A DNA stretch of 64,000 nucleotides from Phycisphaerales bacterium (GTDB lineage: Bacteria; Planctomycetota; Phycisphaerae; WQYP01), in NCBI GenBank assembly GCA_009781185.1, contig WQYP01000002.1, positions 6,873 through 70,872 of the forward strand. The letters run 5' to 3'. A model generated the notes under the pieces. That model was not told where the DNA came from and did no database searches. It saw only the letters and a list, made by a program, of their open reading frames with translations. The number at the start of each line of letters is the position of its first letter. Position 1 is the stretch's first letter. Positions 44,311 through 55,689 of this stretch are shown here, in pieces. Made by a program: the position numbers and the translations under genes.

Positions 44311-47130
44311 TTAGTGGATGCCCAGCTTGCCGTCGGGCACAAAACTCTGGTCGTTGGTGATGATCAGTTTATTCAAATGGAACTCGCTCACGCGGCCGAT
44401 GGAATGGAGCGTGATTTTCAGCGTGTTCTCGCCGGCCTTCAGGTGGTACACGCTCTCCTGACCTTTCTTAAAGCCGTTGCAATAACGCGACCAGATAAAC
44501 TCGCCGCTGATGACCTGCCCGTACAGACGGCTCAGATAATACTGATCATCCACACGGTCTTTGGTCTCATTCAATTCGACCAGCACACTGAACTGATCGG
44601 ATTTGTCTGTCCGCCACTGATGCCAGATGACGTAATCGCCGTCCGCGGGCACATTGAATTTCACGGTGTACGTTTCCTTGGGCTTGAGCACCACCGGCTT
44701 GGCGGCATAATCCAGGTTCACCGTCTGCACGGTGATGGCCGGGGTAGCGACCGCTACCGCCGCACTGGGTTCTGAAAACATGCCATCGTAATCAACCGCG
44801 ATGACCCTGTAATAATACTGCGTCCCTGGCTTGAGGCCCCAATCGACGATACGCTCGGTCCCCGCCGGCGGCGAATACAACAGGTTCGACTGGGCAGGTG
44901 CAAAGTCCGGCCTATCGTAGGCGTACACGTTGTAGTACCGCACGCCGGGAATTGCCGCCCAAGTCACTTCCGCCGCGAATGGTGTCAGAGGCTTGGTTTT
45001 CACGTCTGCGGGCATCTGTACCAAAGGCGGTGCGCCTTGCTGCCGACAGATGGTTGGATAATCCAAACCTCGCCCGGTTGGTGTGCTGCCATCAGATGTC
45101 AGGAAGATGCGGTCCAGTTTGAAGCCCTTTGTTTCGGAACTTAACTTGATTTCGCCCGAAACCTTCCCAACGTTAATCCATGTCCAACCACTATCGTCCA
45201 TGCCTTTATCTATTTTAACTGGTACGATTTGGCCATTGATTGCGAACGCTTTGTTCTGATCACCTACACGCAGCCATACTTGTGCGTCCTTGTTGGGATT
45301 CGTGAAGCTGACCGAGCATTTGGTGCCGTCGGTCGGTACAAACAGGTAGTACAGATCGCTGGCATGGACCGGATCGAATCCCTGCTTGAATCCGACATAC
45401 TCGCCGCGCTCCGGTTCGATATAGGTTGCCACCGGCATGCTCGCATCGCTGGCGACATCGTTGGAATAACGGCTCAGCAGTCCGGACCATTCCTGTGCCC
45501 GTGCCGCGAAGAATATCTTTTCGCCCTGTTTCACGCCGGGGACGACGAAGCTGAGCGGATCCGTGGAGTTCACCTTGCGATCTGCAGGCGTCGGCACCCA
45601 TGCAATCTGCTGATACGCCTGCCCGCTCTTGTTCGTCTGATAGATACGATACCCTTTAGTCTCGCGGCTCGGCGTGTTGGGCGACCAGGTCAATTTGAAT
45701 CCTTCCGGCGTCCACTGGCCGGTCAAGTTCTTCGGAACTTGCGGATTGGCCGCCACCACAATGTATTCGTTCATACTCCGGGTCATCGACGACATGAACA
45801 TCGCCTTGGTGCCGTCGGGGCTCAGCAAAACGAACGGCATGCTGTTGTAGGTCAAACCTTTCGGATTCACCGGGCAGACGCTGCACAAGCGAATGACACC
45901 GCTGTCCCCCTCTCGCATGTGCAGTCGCAGGATTTCCCAGCCGAAGGGGCTCATCCAGCTGGCCGCGGCCCAGTTCGGATCGTTGGTCCAATCCATGTGC
46001 CCTTCGGTTCGGCCTTTGGAGCTGAGCACCCGCCATTCGCGTCCCTCGGTATCCAGTTTTTTCGCCGAGATGCCGTCACCGTTCTCGAAAATCTGGAACG
46101 TTCCATCCGGGCTGTCGGCGGCATGCGAGAGCAGACGCGTCCGGTTGACCAACTTGCCATTGGTGTCCAGGAAATGTGTGGCGTACGGTTTCTGAGACGC
46201 CGCCAGGTCGCTGATCAACGAGGTCTTCAGAATGTTGTCTGGGGAACGTGTAAAGCGAATCGCGTGCATGCCGCCGCGGAGGGGCGAGTCGCCTGCCGTG
46301 GTGGGAGGAGGGACTTGTGTTGTCGCGGGGCTCTGCTCGAAGACGACCCCGCCGTCCCAGCGAATACTTCGATACAGGCTCCCGTCTGTTTTCGCGACGC
46401 CGAACCGCCGTGCGAGATCCTGTCCGCCTTCCAGCCAGCAGACCCATTGGCCATCTTCGGAGATGCCTGAGAGCCCGCCCCATTTGTCTCCCGCCGGCGC
46501 AATGGCCCGCAGCACCTTCTGCTGCATGATGTCAAAGGCCCATACCCCACGTACACCCTCGTTCTGCCCGATGAAGAATGTGAGGTAAGGCTCGACGGGG
46601 CTCCACTTTTTGCCGCCTTGTTTGGGGGCGGTCATGGTGCAGGTTTCCTGATCGAACAGAAGCGGTGTGCCGCCGCGGTCGAAAACGCGGATCAATCGCC
46701 CATTAGCGTTCCACGGCTCGTTGGTCGCATGGGAAACCACACCGTTGGTCAGATTGGTCATCCGCCAAATCTCCGCGCCGGTATACAGATCGCGGAAGAT
46801 GGTGCGAACACTTGCCAGTGCGCCGTCCGTGCCGACGGGAAACCCTGCCGGCGGAGTCTTGGTGACCAGCAGTTCATACGGCCGGACTCGCCCCCGACTC
46901 ACCAGCGTTTCCAACCCCTGATCCTTCATCGGCCGATCGAGGAACAGCCAGGGCCATTGGCCGTCAAATTGCAAACTGTCGATCGTCGTGGGGACCAGGG
47001 CTTTCGGGCCGGTGTCAGGGTCAGAGGCGGGGGGGGGGGCGGGGTCAGGGGCGGGCTGTGCGATAGCCGCTGTCACAACCGCCGTGGAAATGAGTAACGT
47101 GGCCAACCGTGCTTGATTTGAAAAGTTCAT
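44311..47130 (-). CDS. Secreted beta-propeller/FN3/CBM-like protein, paralog 2. It has an extra Pro-rich N-terminal insert and a divergent C-terminal domain.
   Basis: MNFSNQARLATLLISTAVVTAAIAQPAPDPAPPPASDPDTGPKALVPTTIDSLQFDGQWPWLFLDRP...; same architecture as paralogs 1 and 3. Confidence 0.7.
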   Translation of the reverse strand: MNFSNQARLATLLISTAVVTAAIAQPAPDPAPPPASDPDTGPKALVPTTIDSLQFDGQWPWLFLDRPMKDQGLETLVSRGRVRPYELLVTKTPPAGFPVGTDGALASVRTIFRDLYTGAEIWRMTNLTNGVVSHATNEPWNANGRLIRVFDRGGTPLLFDQETCTMTAPKQGGKKWSPVEPYLTFFIGQNEGVRGVWAFDIMQQKVLRAIAPAGDKWGGLSGISEDGQWVCWLEGGQDLARRFGVAKTDGSLYRSIRWDGGVVFEQSPATTQVPPPTTAGDSPLRGGMHAIRFTRSPDNILKTSLISDLAASQKPYATHFLDTNGKLVNRTRLLSHAADSPDGTFQIFENGDGISAKKLDTEGREWRVLSSKGRTEGHMDWTNDPNWAAASWMSPFGWEILRLHMREGDSGVIRLCSVCPVNPKGLTYNSMPFVLLSPDGTKAMFMSSMTRSMNEYIVVAANPQVPKNLTGQWTPEGFKLTWSPNTPSRETKGYRIYQTNKSGQAYQQIAWVPTPADRKVNSTDPLSFVVPGVKQGEKIFFAARAQEWSGLLSRYSNDVASDASMPVATYIEPERGEYVGFKQGFDPVHASDLYYLFVPTDGTKCSVSFTNPNKDAQVWLRVGDQNKAFAINGQIVPVKIDKGMDDSGWTWINVGKVSGEIKLSSETKGFKLDRIFLTSDGSTPTGRGLDYPTICRQQGAPPLVQMPADVKTKPLTPFAAEVTWAAIPGVRYYNVYAYDRPDFAPAQSNLLYSPPAGTERIVDWGLKPGTQYYYRVIAVDYDGMFSEPSAAVAVATPAITVQTVNLDYAAKPVVLKPKETYTVKFNVPADGDYVIWHQWRTDKSDQFSVLVELNETKDRVDDQYYLSRLYGQVISGEFIWSRYCNGFKKGQESVYHLKAGENTLKITLHSIGRVSEFHLNKLIITNDQSFVPDGKLGIH

Positions 47131-47274
47131 GGACGCCGCTCCTTAAAAAACTTCCCAACGGACCCTTGCCCTGTACACATGCAGGGTATTTTAACACATG
47201 ACTTGGGATAAACAGGAGAGATGACCTATGATGTAGTTGCGCTTTTCATATCGTAAATGCGCAGGAGACCTGTG

Positions 47275-48456
47275 ATGAAAAACGTGCCGCGGGTGGTGTT
47301 GGGATTCGGATTGACGGCCGCTTGGGGGCGAAGCGTGACACGGGGCGTGCTGGCGTATACGGAGCGATATGGGCCGTGGGATTACGAACTGCCTCTGACA
47401 GGCCCCTTCACAGCCGATACCCTCAGGCGCCTGGGAAAAGTCAACGGCCTGATCGTGAATTCCGACCTGGCCGACCTCGCCGCGTCAACATTGAAGCGGA
47501 AAGTGCCCATCGTGGCGGTAGGTATCACAGGCCCCTCGGCCGTGCCCAAACACCTGCCTCATTTGCTGGAAAACCACGACGAGATCGCAAAAATGGCCGT
47601 GGAGCACTTCATCGAGAGAGGATTCCGGAATTTTGCCTATTATGCGTTTCGCGGATATCACATGGCAAAAATATATGGCAGTGCTTTTAGAAGCCTGTTG
47701 CACGCGCATGGGTTCGCGTGTTCGTGGTTTAAGAAGGAAGCGGGCAAGGACATTCGGTCAGAGACGGAAAACGATTTGAAGATGAACGAATGGATTCGGA
47801 AGTTGCCTAAGCCGGTGGCGGTTTTAGCGTCGTGGGATGGCGCAGCTCGCGAAGTTACGATGGCCTGCCGAAAAATGAACATCGCCGTGCCGGAGCAAGT
47901 TTCCGTCCTTGGCACCGGCAACGACGAGTACCAATGCCTGCTTTGCTCGCCGCACTTATCCAGTCTGGACCCGGGATTAGAGCGATTGGGATACGAATCG
48001 GCCCGAATGCTGGATCACATGCTCAGGAAAGGGGGACGCGTCAAAGCGGGCCCCATCCTGTTTCCCCCGATCCGCGTCGTCACACGGCAGTCCACCGACG
48101 TGATCGCGGTCAGCGATGAAAGGGTTGCCGCTGCCGTGCGAAAAATCCATGAACACTTAACCGCCGGCGTCAACGTCAAGCAATTGGTCCATGAACTGGG
48201 CATGGGCAGACGCACACTGGAACTCGCTTTCAAAAAACACCTGGGCCGAACGGTCTACGACCAGATCGTACGCACACAAATCGAGCGAGCCTCTCGTTTG
48301 CTGGAAGACGGCGAACTCCCGGTCGCCGAAATCGCCCAGCGTTGCGGCATTCAGCACGCCTCGCACTTCTGCGCCTTTTTCAAAAAACAGACAGGCTCCA
48401 CCCCACTGGAATACCGCAGCCGCAACCAACGCCAACGCTATCAGGGAATTCCTTAA
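47275..48456 (+). CDS. AraC/XylS-family transcriptional regulator with a periplasmic-binding-protein-like N-terminal domain (XylR-like).
   Basis: C-terminal AraC HTH ...LAFKKHLGRTVYDQIVRTQIERASRLLEDGELPVAEIAQRCGIQHASHFCAFFKKQTGSTPLEYR. N-terminal LacI/PBP-like sugar-sensor fold. Confidence 0.75.
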   Translation: MKNVPRVVLGFGLTAAWGRSVTRGVLAYTERYGPWDYELPLTGPFTADTLRRLGKVNGLIVNSDLADLAASTLKRKVPIVAVGITGPSAVPKHLPHLLENHDEIAKMAVEHFIERGFRNFAYYAFRGYHMAKIYGSAFRSLLHAHGFACSWFKKEAGKDIRSETENDLKMNEWIRKLPKPVAVLASWDGAAREVTMACRKMNIAVPEQVSVLGTGNDEYQCLLCSPHLSSLDPGLERLGYESARMLDHMLRKGGRVKAGPILFPPIRVVTRQSTDVIAVSDERVAAAVRKIHEHLTAGVNVKQLVHELGMGRRTLELAFKKHLGRTVYDQIVRTQIERASRLLEDGELPVAEIAQRCGIQHASHFCAFFKKQTGSTPLEYRSRNQRQRYQGIP

Positions 48457-48466
48457 AAATCGACCA

Positions 48467-51259
48467 TTAATAAATGCATAGCTTGCCATCCGGCACAAAG
48501 CTTTGGTCGTTGGTGATGATCAGCCTGTTCAAATGGATTTCGTTCCCACGAGCGCCCAAGGGTTCGGGAAACGTGATCGTGAGCGTTTGTTCGCCGGCTT
48601 TCAGGTGGTAGATGCTCTCACCGCCTTTCTTGGCGCTGTTGATGCAATACCGCGTCCAGAGCCATTCCTTGCTGATGACTTTCCCGTACAAACCGCCCAG
48701 GTGATACCATTCCTTGATCGATTCTTTCTTATCATTGAGTTGGATTTGCAGAGTCAGCCAATCCGAGACGGTGGCACGCCACTGATGCCAGATCACGTAA
48801 TCGCCTTCGACCGGCACGCTAAACTTCAACGTGCAGGTTTCGTCTGCTTTGAGCGCCATGTACTTTCCATTGGAAGCTGTTGCATCAGCCTGGACCGAAC
48901 CGCCGGCCGCTGAGGCGTAATCCACGTTCACCGTCTGCACGGTGATGGCCGGTGTAGCGACCGCAACGGCTGCACTGGGTTGCGAAACGGAGCCGTCGTA
49001 ATCGATCGCGGTGACCTTGTAGTAATACTGCGTGCCCGGCTTGAGGCCCCAATCGACGACGCGCTCAGTTCCCACCGGTGGCGAATACAGCAGGTTCGCC
49101 TGGGCAGGAACGAAATCAGGCTTCTCGGCAGCGTATACGTTGTAGTACCGTACGCCGGGGATTGCGGCCCAAGTCACTTCCGACGCGAATGGCGTCAGAG
49201 GTTTGGTTTTCACGTTCGTCGGAACCTGTACCACAGGCGATGCGTCTGTTGGATAATCCAAACCGCGTCCGGTGGGTGTGCTGCCGTCAGATGTCAGGAA
49301 GATCCGATCCAGTTTGAAGCCCTTCGATTCGGAACTCAACTTGATTTCGCCGGAAACTTTCCCCACGTTGACCCATGTCCAATCTTCATACGTTTTGGCA
49401 GGTACAGCCGTGCCATTGACAGAGAACGCCGCGTTCTGGCCGCCCACACGCACCCAGACCTGAGCGTCTTTGTTGGGGTTGGTGAAGCCAACCGAGCATT
49501 TCGTGCCGGCCAGCGGAACAAACAGGTAATACATATTGCCGGCATTGAGCGGATCAAATCCCTGCTTGAATCCGGCAAATTCGCCCAGATCCGGTTGAAT
49601 ATAGGCTGCCACCGGCATATTCGCATCACTGGCAACATCGTTCGAATACCGACTCAGCAGCCCGGACCATTCCTGGGCACGTACCGCGAAGAACACTTTC
49701 TCGCCCTGCTTCACACCGGGAACGACGAAGCTGATCGGGTCCGTGGAAGTCACCGGGAGATTTTCAGGCACGTCCACCCATCCGACTTGCCGATACGCCT
49801 GACCGCTCTTGCTGGTCTGATAGATGCGATACCCTTTCGCCTCGCGGCTCAGCGTGTCGGGAGTCCAAGTCAACTTGAAGCCTTGCGGCGTCCACTGCCC
49901 GGTCAATTTCTGCGGTGCCCGCGGATTGGCCGCGACGACCAGGTATTCGTTCATGCTGCGCGTCACCGACGACATGAACATGACCTTGGTCCCATCCGGG
50001 CTCAGCCGGCCAAACGGGTCGCTGTAGTAGGTCAAGGCCTTGGGTTCCTGCGGGCATACCCCGCACAAACGGATCGGACTGGCATCCTCTCGCAGGCTCA
50101 GACGCACGATCTCCCAACCGTGCGGGCTCTGCCAACTGCATTCGGCCCAGTCGGGATCATTGGTCCAACTGGTATGCCCTTCCGTTTTGCCCAAGGCCTG
50201 GAAGATCAGACGTTCTTTTCCGGTGGCATGATCCAGCACGCGAACGCCGCCGGGGCCTTCAAAGACATAGCTTTTTCCGTCCGGACTATCCATGCCGTGC
50301 GAGAGCGGAGGCCTTCTCTCAAGCAACTTGCCATCAATGTTCAGGATGTGATTGCAGAGTTCTTTGTCTTTACCGAGTTCACCATTGATGGAGGTTTTCA
50401 GTTTGTACTCATCAAGGCTTCGCAGGAATTTCACGCCATGCATGCCACCGCGGATGTCGGAATCTCCCGCGGTTGAAACGGGTACAGGCATACCCGGCGT
50501 GGGATTTTTAATTTCCGCCACGATACCGCCATCATAGCGGATACTGCGATACAGGCTGCCATCGGTTGCCGCGATGCCAAAACGGCGGGCGGTATCCTGG
50601 CCGCCTTCCAGCCAGCAGACATATTTGCCGTCCTCGGAGACTCCCAGGACATCACCCGACTTGGGTACCGCCGGAGCGATGTAGCGCGGGCTTTTCGGTT
50701 GCCGCAGGTCGTAAACCCATACCCCGTGTTGGCCGTTGGAGGCGCCAGTGGAAAATGAAATATAAGGATCCGTCAGGCTCCACAAGCGAGTGAGCTGCGC
50801 AGGCATTTCCTGTGCACAAGTTTCCTGGTCGATCAGGCCGGTGCTGATGCGAATCAAGCGTCCGTTGGCATTCCAGGGATTGTTGCCCGCATGGGAAGTC
50901 GAGCCATTGGTGTAACTTGTCAGCCGCCAGATTTCCGCGCCCGTGTACAGATCACGGAAAATGGTTCGGACGCTTCGGGTGGCGCCGTCGCGAGCCGCGG
51001 GAAGAATTCCGAAGGGTTTTTCTGTTTCCAACAGGCTGGTCGGGCGGACACGCCCACGCTGCTTCACGAGCATATCGAGTCCCTGGTCCTTGATCGGCCG
51101 ATCGAGGAACAGCCAGGGCCATTGCCCGTCAAATTGCAGACTGTCGATCGTCGTGGGTACCAAGGCTTTCTGATTGGGGGCGGGCTGTGCGATGGCCGCC
51201 GTGGCGACCGCCGCGGAAACGAACAATGTGGCTAACCGTGCCGGGCTTGAAAAGTTCAT
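48467..51259 (-). CDS. Secreted beta-propeller/FN3/CBM-like protein, paralog 3.
   Basis: MNFSSPARLATLFVSAAVATAAIAQPAPNQKALVPTTIDSLQFDGQWPWLFLDRPIKDQGLD... It is convergent with the regulator gene with only a 10-nt gap. Confidence 0.7.
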   Translation of the reverse strand: MNFSSPARLATLFVSAAVATAAIAQPAPNQKALVPTTIDSLQFDGQWPWLFLDRPIKDQGLDMLVKQRGRVRPTSLLETEKPFGILPAARDGATRSVRTIFRDLYTGAEIWRLTSYTNGSTSHAGNNPWNANGRLIRISTGLIDQETCAQEMPAQLTRLWSLTDPYISFSTGASNGQHGVWVYDLRQPKSPRYIAPAVPKSGDVLGVSEDGKYVCWLEGGQDTARRFGIAATDGSLYRSIRYDGGIVAEIKNPTPGMPVPVSTAGDSDIRGGMHGVKFLRSLDEYKLKTSINGELGKDKELCNHILNIDGKLLERRPPLSHGMDSPDGKSYVFEGPGGVRVLDHATGKERLIFQALGKTEGHTSWTNDPDWAECSWQSPHGWEIVRLSLREDASPIRLCGVCPQEPKALTYYSDPFGRLSPDGTKVMFMSSVTRSMNEYLVVAANPRAPQKLTGQWTPQGFKLTWTPDTLSREAKGYRIYQTSKSGQAYRQVGWVDVPENLPVTSTDPISFVVPGVKQGEKVFFAVRAQEWSGLLSRYSNDVASDANMPVAAYIQPDLGEFAGFKQGFDPLNAGNMYYLFVPLAGTKCSVGFTNPNKDAQVWVRVGGQNAAFSVNGTAVPAKTYEDWTWVNVGKVSGEIKLSSESKGFKLDRIFLTSDGSTPTGRGLDYPTDASPVVQVPTNVKTKPLTPFASEVTWAAIPGVRYYNVYAAEKPDFVPAQANLLYSPPVGTERVVDWGLKPGTQYYYKVTAIDYDGSVSQPSAAVAVATPAITVQTVNVDYASAAGGSVQADATASNGKYMALKADETCTLKFSVPVEGDYVIWHQWRATVSDWLTLQIQLNDKKESIKEWYHLGGLYGKVISKEWLWTRYCINSAKKGGESIYHLKAGEQTLTITFPEPLGARGNEIHLNRLIITNDQSFVPDGKLCIY

Positions 51260-51417
51260 GGGCGTTGCTCCTGAAAAACAGACATGAGCCGACGATGGCA
51301 GACGGCTATCGTTGGTAACAACGCCTGCAAATTCTTAATGTTGCAGGGGATGTTGATAGCTGACGCTAAAGGCTGTAAAGTCTCGCTCTTGATCCCAACG
51401 GCACGACGCGACGCTAA

Positions 51418-52530
<1,113 letters not shown>

Positions 52531-52788
52531 AATTCGAAATTCGAAACTCGAAACTCGAAACTCGAAATTCGAATGACGAATCAAATTCGAAATTCGAATA
52601 TTCTCTGTGGCCACGACCGGTCCAGTTCCGACTGGGTCGGTCGTGGTTAGTTGTAGTCGTCTTTTCCGTGACCACGGGTGGTGAAGCTCGAATTTTGAAT
52701 TTTGAAATTTGAATTTGTTTCGAATTTCGAACTTCGAATTTCGAGTTTGATTCGTCATTCGTCATTCGAATTTCGTCATTCAAGGGAG
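52531..52788. repeat. Two inverted blocks of 7-mer tandem repeats (AATTCGAAATTCGAAACTCGAAACTCGAAACTCGAAATTCGAATGACGAAT... and its approximate reverse complement) flanking the gap terminator hairpin and preceding the SulP gene.
   Basis: Seen in sequence. A related short array (GAATTTCGAGTTTCGAATTTCGAGTTGCGAGTTGA) lies at 58871-58911 between exosortase and epsI. Confidence 0.75.
52606..52650 (+). terminator. Strong stem-loop (CCACGACCGGTCCAGT-tccg-ACTGGGTCGGTCGTGG) downstream of gap, flanked on both sides by inverted blocks of 7-mer tandem repeats.
   Basis: Seen in sequence; a 16-bp stem with 2 mismatches. Confidence 0.5.
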
Positions 52789-52796
52789 TATATGGC

Positions 52797-54704
52797 GTGT
52801 CTCGCCTGTTGCCGGCTGAGGGGTCGCTCTTCCCCAAACTGCGTTTTTTTTCGGATTTCCGCAATACGTTTACGCCCAAGTCGCTGATTTGCCTCCGCGA
52901 AGGGTATTCCAAAAACGCTTTTATCCGCGATGTGTTGGCGGGGTTGACGGTGGGGGTCATTGCGTTGCCGCTGTCGATGGCTTTGGCGATCGGCTCGCAT
53001 GTGCGGCCGGAGCAGGGACTCTTTACCGCTATCGTCGCGGGATTCCTCATCTCGCTCCTGGGCGGATCACGCGTGCAGATCGGCGGACCGGCGGGAGCCT
53101 TCATGGCACTCGTCGCCGGCATCGTCGATATGCACGGATATCAGGGATTAGCTATCTGCACGTTAATGGCCGGCGTCATCCTGGTCATCATGGCACTGGC
53201 TCGCCTGGGAGCACTGATCAAATTCATTCCGTATCCCGTTACCACCGGCTTTACCTCCGGCATTGCCGTGCTCATTTTCTCCCAACAAATCAAAGAACTC
53301 CTGGGCCTAACCATCCGCATTCCCTACCAGATGGTGGAAAACAATGCGGTGGTGGAGAAGTTTCGGACGGAGCCGCCGGCGGAGTTTATCGAGAAGTGGC
53401 GTGTGCTAACGGAGTTTCTGCCCACCACGAATTATCTGGCGTTGGGCTTCGGGGCCGGGGCACTGGTCTGTCTGATTCTGTTCCGCAAGTTCGCTCCGAA
53501 GGTTCCCGCATCCCTGCTGGTAGTCGTGCTCTCTGCGGTCATCGTGGGCGCCTGGAACCTCGACAGCAATCACCTCGACGGCGGCGTCCGTACCATCGGT
53601 ACCACCTTCGGCGGAATCCCCCGCTCGCTCCCCGCCCCCTCATTCCCCATCAAACTTTCATCCTGGGAAGACGTGAAAGTCGCCTGCTGGCAGGCCCGGA
53701 ATCTGATTCCGGAAGCCTCGACCATTGCCATTCTGTGTGCGATCGAGTCGTTGTTGTGCGCCGTGGTGGCCGACGGCATGATCGGCGGACGGCACAAATC
53801 CAACTGCGAACTGGCAGCCCAGGGCGTCGGCAACCTCGCCTCCGTCGTCTTCGGCGGCGTTCCCGCCACCGGCGTCATCGCCCGCACCGCCGCAAACGTC
53901 AAATCCGGCGGACGCACCCCCGTCGCAGGCATGGTCCACGCCCTGTTCCTCCTGGCGATGATGCTGGTTCTAGCGCCGTATGCCTCGATGATTCCGCTCT
54001 CGGTATTGGCCGCAATTCTGATCATGGTCGCCTGGAACATGGCCGAACTGGATCATTTTCGTTCGTTGCTCAAGGCGCCGCGGTCGGACATCACCGTGCT
54101 GCTGACGACGTTCGGACTCACGGTGCTGGCGGATTTGACCGTGGCGGTGGGTGTGGGCATGGCGCTGGCCGTCTTCCTGTTCATGCGACGCATGTCCGAG
54201 GTGACCAATTTTGACGCGATGACCCGGGAGTTTGAGGAGCCGGGCGCCGCCGACTCCAACGAGGACGGCGATCCGAACTCGATTTTGTCACGCGACGTTC
54301 CGCCGGGCGTGGAAGTCTACGAAATCAACGGTCCGTTCTTCTTCGGCGTGGCGGACAAATTAAAGGACACCTTGCGAGGCATCGCCAAGCCGCCTCGGAT
54401 CTTTATTCTGCGAATGCGTCGCGTTCCGGCGATCGATGCCACTGGCATCCACGCGCTGGAGGAATTCCACGACAAATGCCACCGCCAGCACACGCGCCTG
54501 CTCCTGGCCGGCGTGCACGCACAACCGCTCTTCGCCCTGACCAAATACGGCCTGCTCGACAAGTTCGGCGAAGAAAACATGCTCGGCAACATCGACGACG
54601 CCCTGGCCAAAGCCCGCGAAATCCTCGGCATGCCGCCGCCGACTGTCGTGCCGGCACATGTACCAGAGGTGGCACGAGAAGAGGGCGACAAGGTGATAAG
54701 GTGA
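52797..54704 (+). CDS. SulP-family anion transporter (sulfate/bicarbonate/dicarboxylate; DauA/BicA-like) with a C-terminal STAS domain.
   Basis: FIRDVLAGLTVGVIALPLSMALAIGSHVRPEQGLFTAIVAGFLISLLGGSRVQIGGPAGAF aligns with the SulP N-terminal signature. C-terminal STAS-like segment ...VYEINGPFFFGVADKL...ILRMRRVPAIDATGIHALEEF. GTG start. Confidence 0.85.
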   Translation: MSRLLPAEGSLFPKLRFFSDFRNTFTPKSLICLREGYSKNAFIRDVLAGLTVGVIALPLSMALAIGSHVRPEQGLFTAIVAGFLISLLGGSRVQIGGPAGAFMALVAGIVDMHGYQGLAICTLMAGVILVIMALARLGALIKFIPYPVTTGFTSGIAVLIFSQQIKELLGLTIRIPYQMVENNAVVEKFRTEPPAEFIEKWRVLTEFLPTTNYLALGFGAGALVCLILFRKFAPKVPASLLVVVLSAVIVGAWNLDSNHLDGGVRTIGTTFGGIPRSLPAPSFPIKLSSWEDVKVACWQARNLIPEASTIAILCAIESLLCAVVADGMIGGRHKSNCELAAQGVGNLASVVFGGVPATGVIARTAANVKSGGRTPVAGMVHALFLLAMMLVLAPYASMIPLSVLAAILIMVAWNMAELDHFRSLLKAPRSDITVLLTTFGLTVLADLTVAVGVGMALAVFLFMRRMSEVTNFDAMTREFEEPGAADSNEDGDPNSILSRDVPPGVEVYEINGPFFFGVADKLKDTLRGIAKPPRIFILRMRRVPAIDATGIHALEEFHDKCHRQHTRLLLAGVHAQPLFALTKYGLLDKFGEENMLGNIDDALAKAREILGMPPPTVVPAHVPEVAREEGDKVIR

Positions 54705-54743
54705 CAAGGTGAAGGAGTGACAAGAAGGGCTCGTTTTTTTGAG

Positions 54744-55400
54744 TCACCTTGTCACCCTGTCACATACGATCCGTGCTGGATTTCCAACCACGGTTGTATT
54801 CGGCGGTACGTTTTCCAGCACGATGGCGCCGGCGCCGATGATCGCGTTGTCTCCGATGCTCACGTTGGGCAGGATGGTAGCGCCTGCGCCCACGAGTACG
54901 CCGGCGCCGATGGTGACGCCGCCAGTCAGCGTTGCGCCGGGTGCGACGTGCACGCAGTTGCCGAGCTTGCAGTCGTGATCGACGACGGCGGCGGTGTTGA
55001 TGATGCACAGTTCGCCGATGGTGGCATGCGTGGCAACGATGGCGCCGGCGAGCAGGACGGTTCCTTCGTGAAGAAGAGCGGTGGGCGAGAGGTAGGCTTT
55101 GGGATGAATGAGCGCGGGCAGTTTCAGACCGAGGGTGCGGGCGTGGTCCGCGAAGCGTTTGCGGACGTTGTTGTCGCCGATGGCAATGCAGGCGCTGTCA
55201 ATGTGATGGGCCTGCATCAGCGATGCGAGGCGGTCCGGCGAACCGAGGACGAGATGCCCGTCGATGTGAGTACCAGCCAAGTCGGGATTTTCGTCCACCA
55301 GTCCTGCCACGAGTCCCCCCCCCTCTTTTTTTCCCGCTTGATCAAGGAGTTCAAGAAGGACTTTTGCCTGTCCGCCCGCTCCGTAGACGACGATTGCCAT
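54744..55400 (-). CDS. Sugar N/O-acetyltransferase, NeuD/PglD-like, with hexapeptide repeats.
   Basis: N-terminal Rossmann-like IVVYGAGGQAKVLLELL (NeuD-family hallmark). C-terminal LbH repeats ...GVTIGAGVLVGAGATILPNVSIGDNAIIGAGAIV. Confidence 0.7.
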   Translation of the reverse strand: MAIVVYGAGGQAKVLLELLDQAGKKEGGGLVAGLVDENPDLAGTHIDGHLVLGSPDRLASLMQAHHIDSACIAIGDNNVRKRFADHARTLGLKLPALIHPKAYLSPTALLHEGTVLLAGAIVATHATIGELCIINTAAVVDHDCKLGNCVHVAPGATLTGGVTIGAGVLVGAGATILPNVSIGDNAIIGAGAIVLENVPPNTTVVGNPARIVCDRVTR

Positions 55401-55689
55401 CGATCACCTGCCTCCAAAAAGATCGGGTCAATTGCTGCAAGGGCGATATTATCTGTCAGGGGGGGGGCTGTCGAGGTTGCGACCATCCGACCTCAGGTCA
55501 GCCGCGTAAAAAATGAAAGCGGCTCAGCGGTTGTCTTGACGGCACCGAGCCGATCATGGAATATGTAAAGAGGCGTCCTAAAAAAACCGACTAAGTTGTG
55601 GGGTTTCCCCGCTTGGCAGGAAGGTCGGGCGACGAGATGCGTTTTGTTGAAATCGCATCTCGTGTGCCGCACAGATTGAAAGGGCATTC

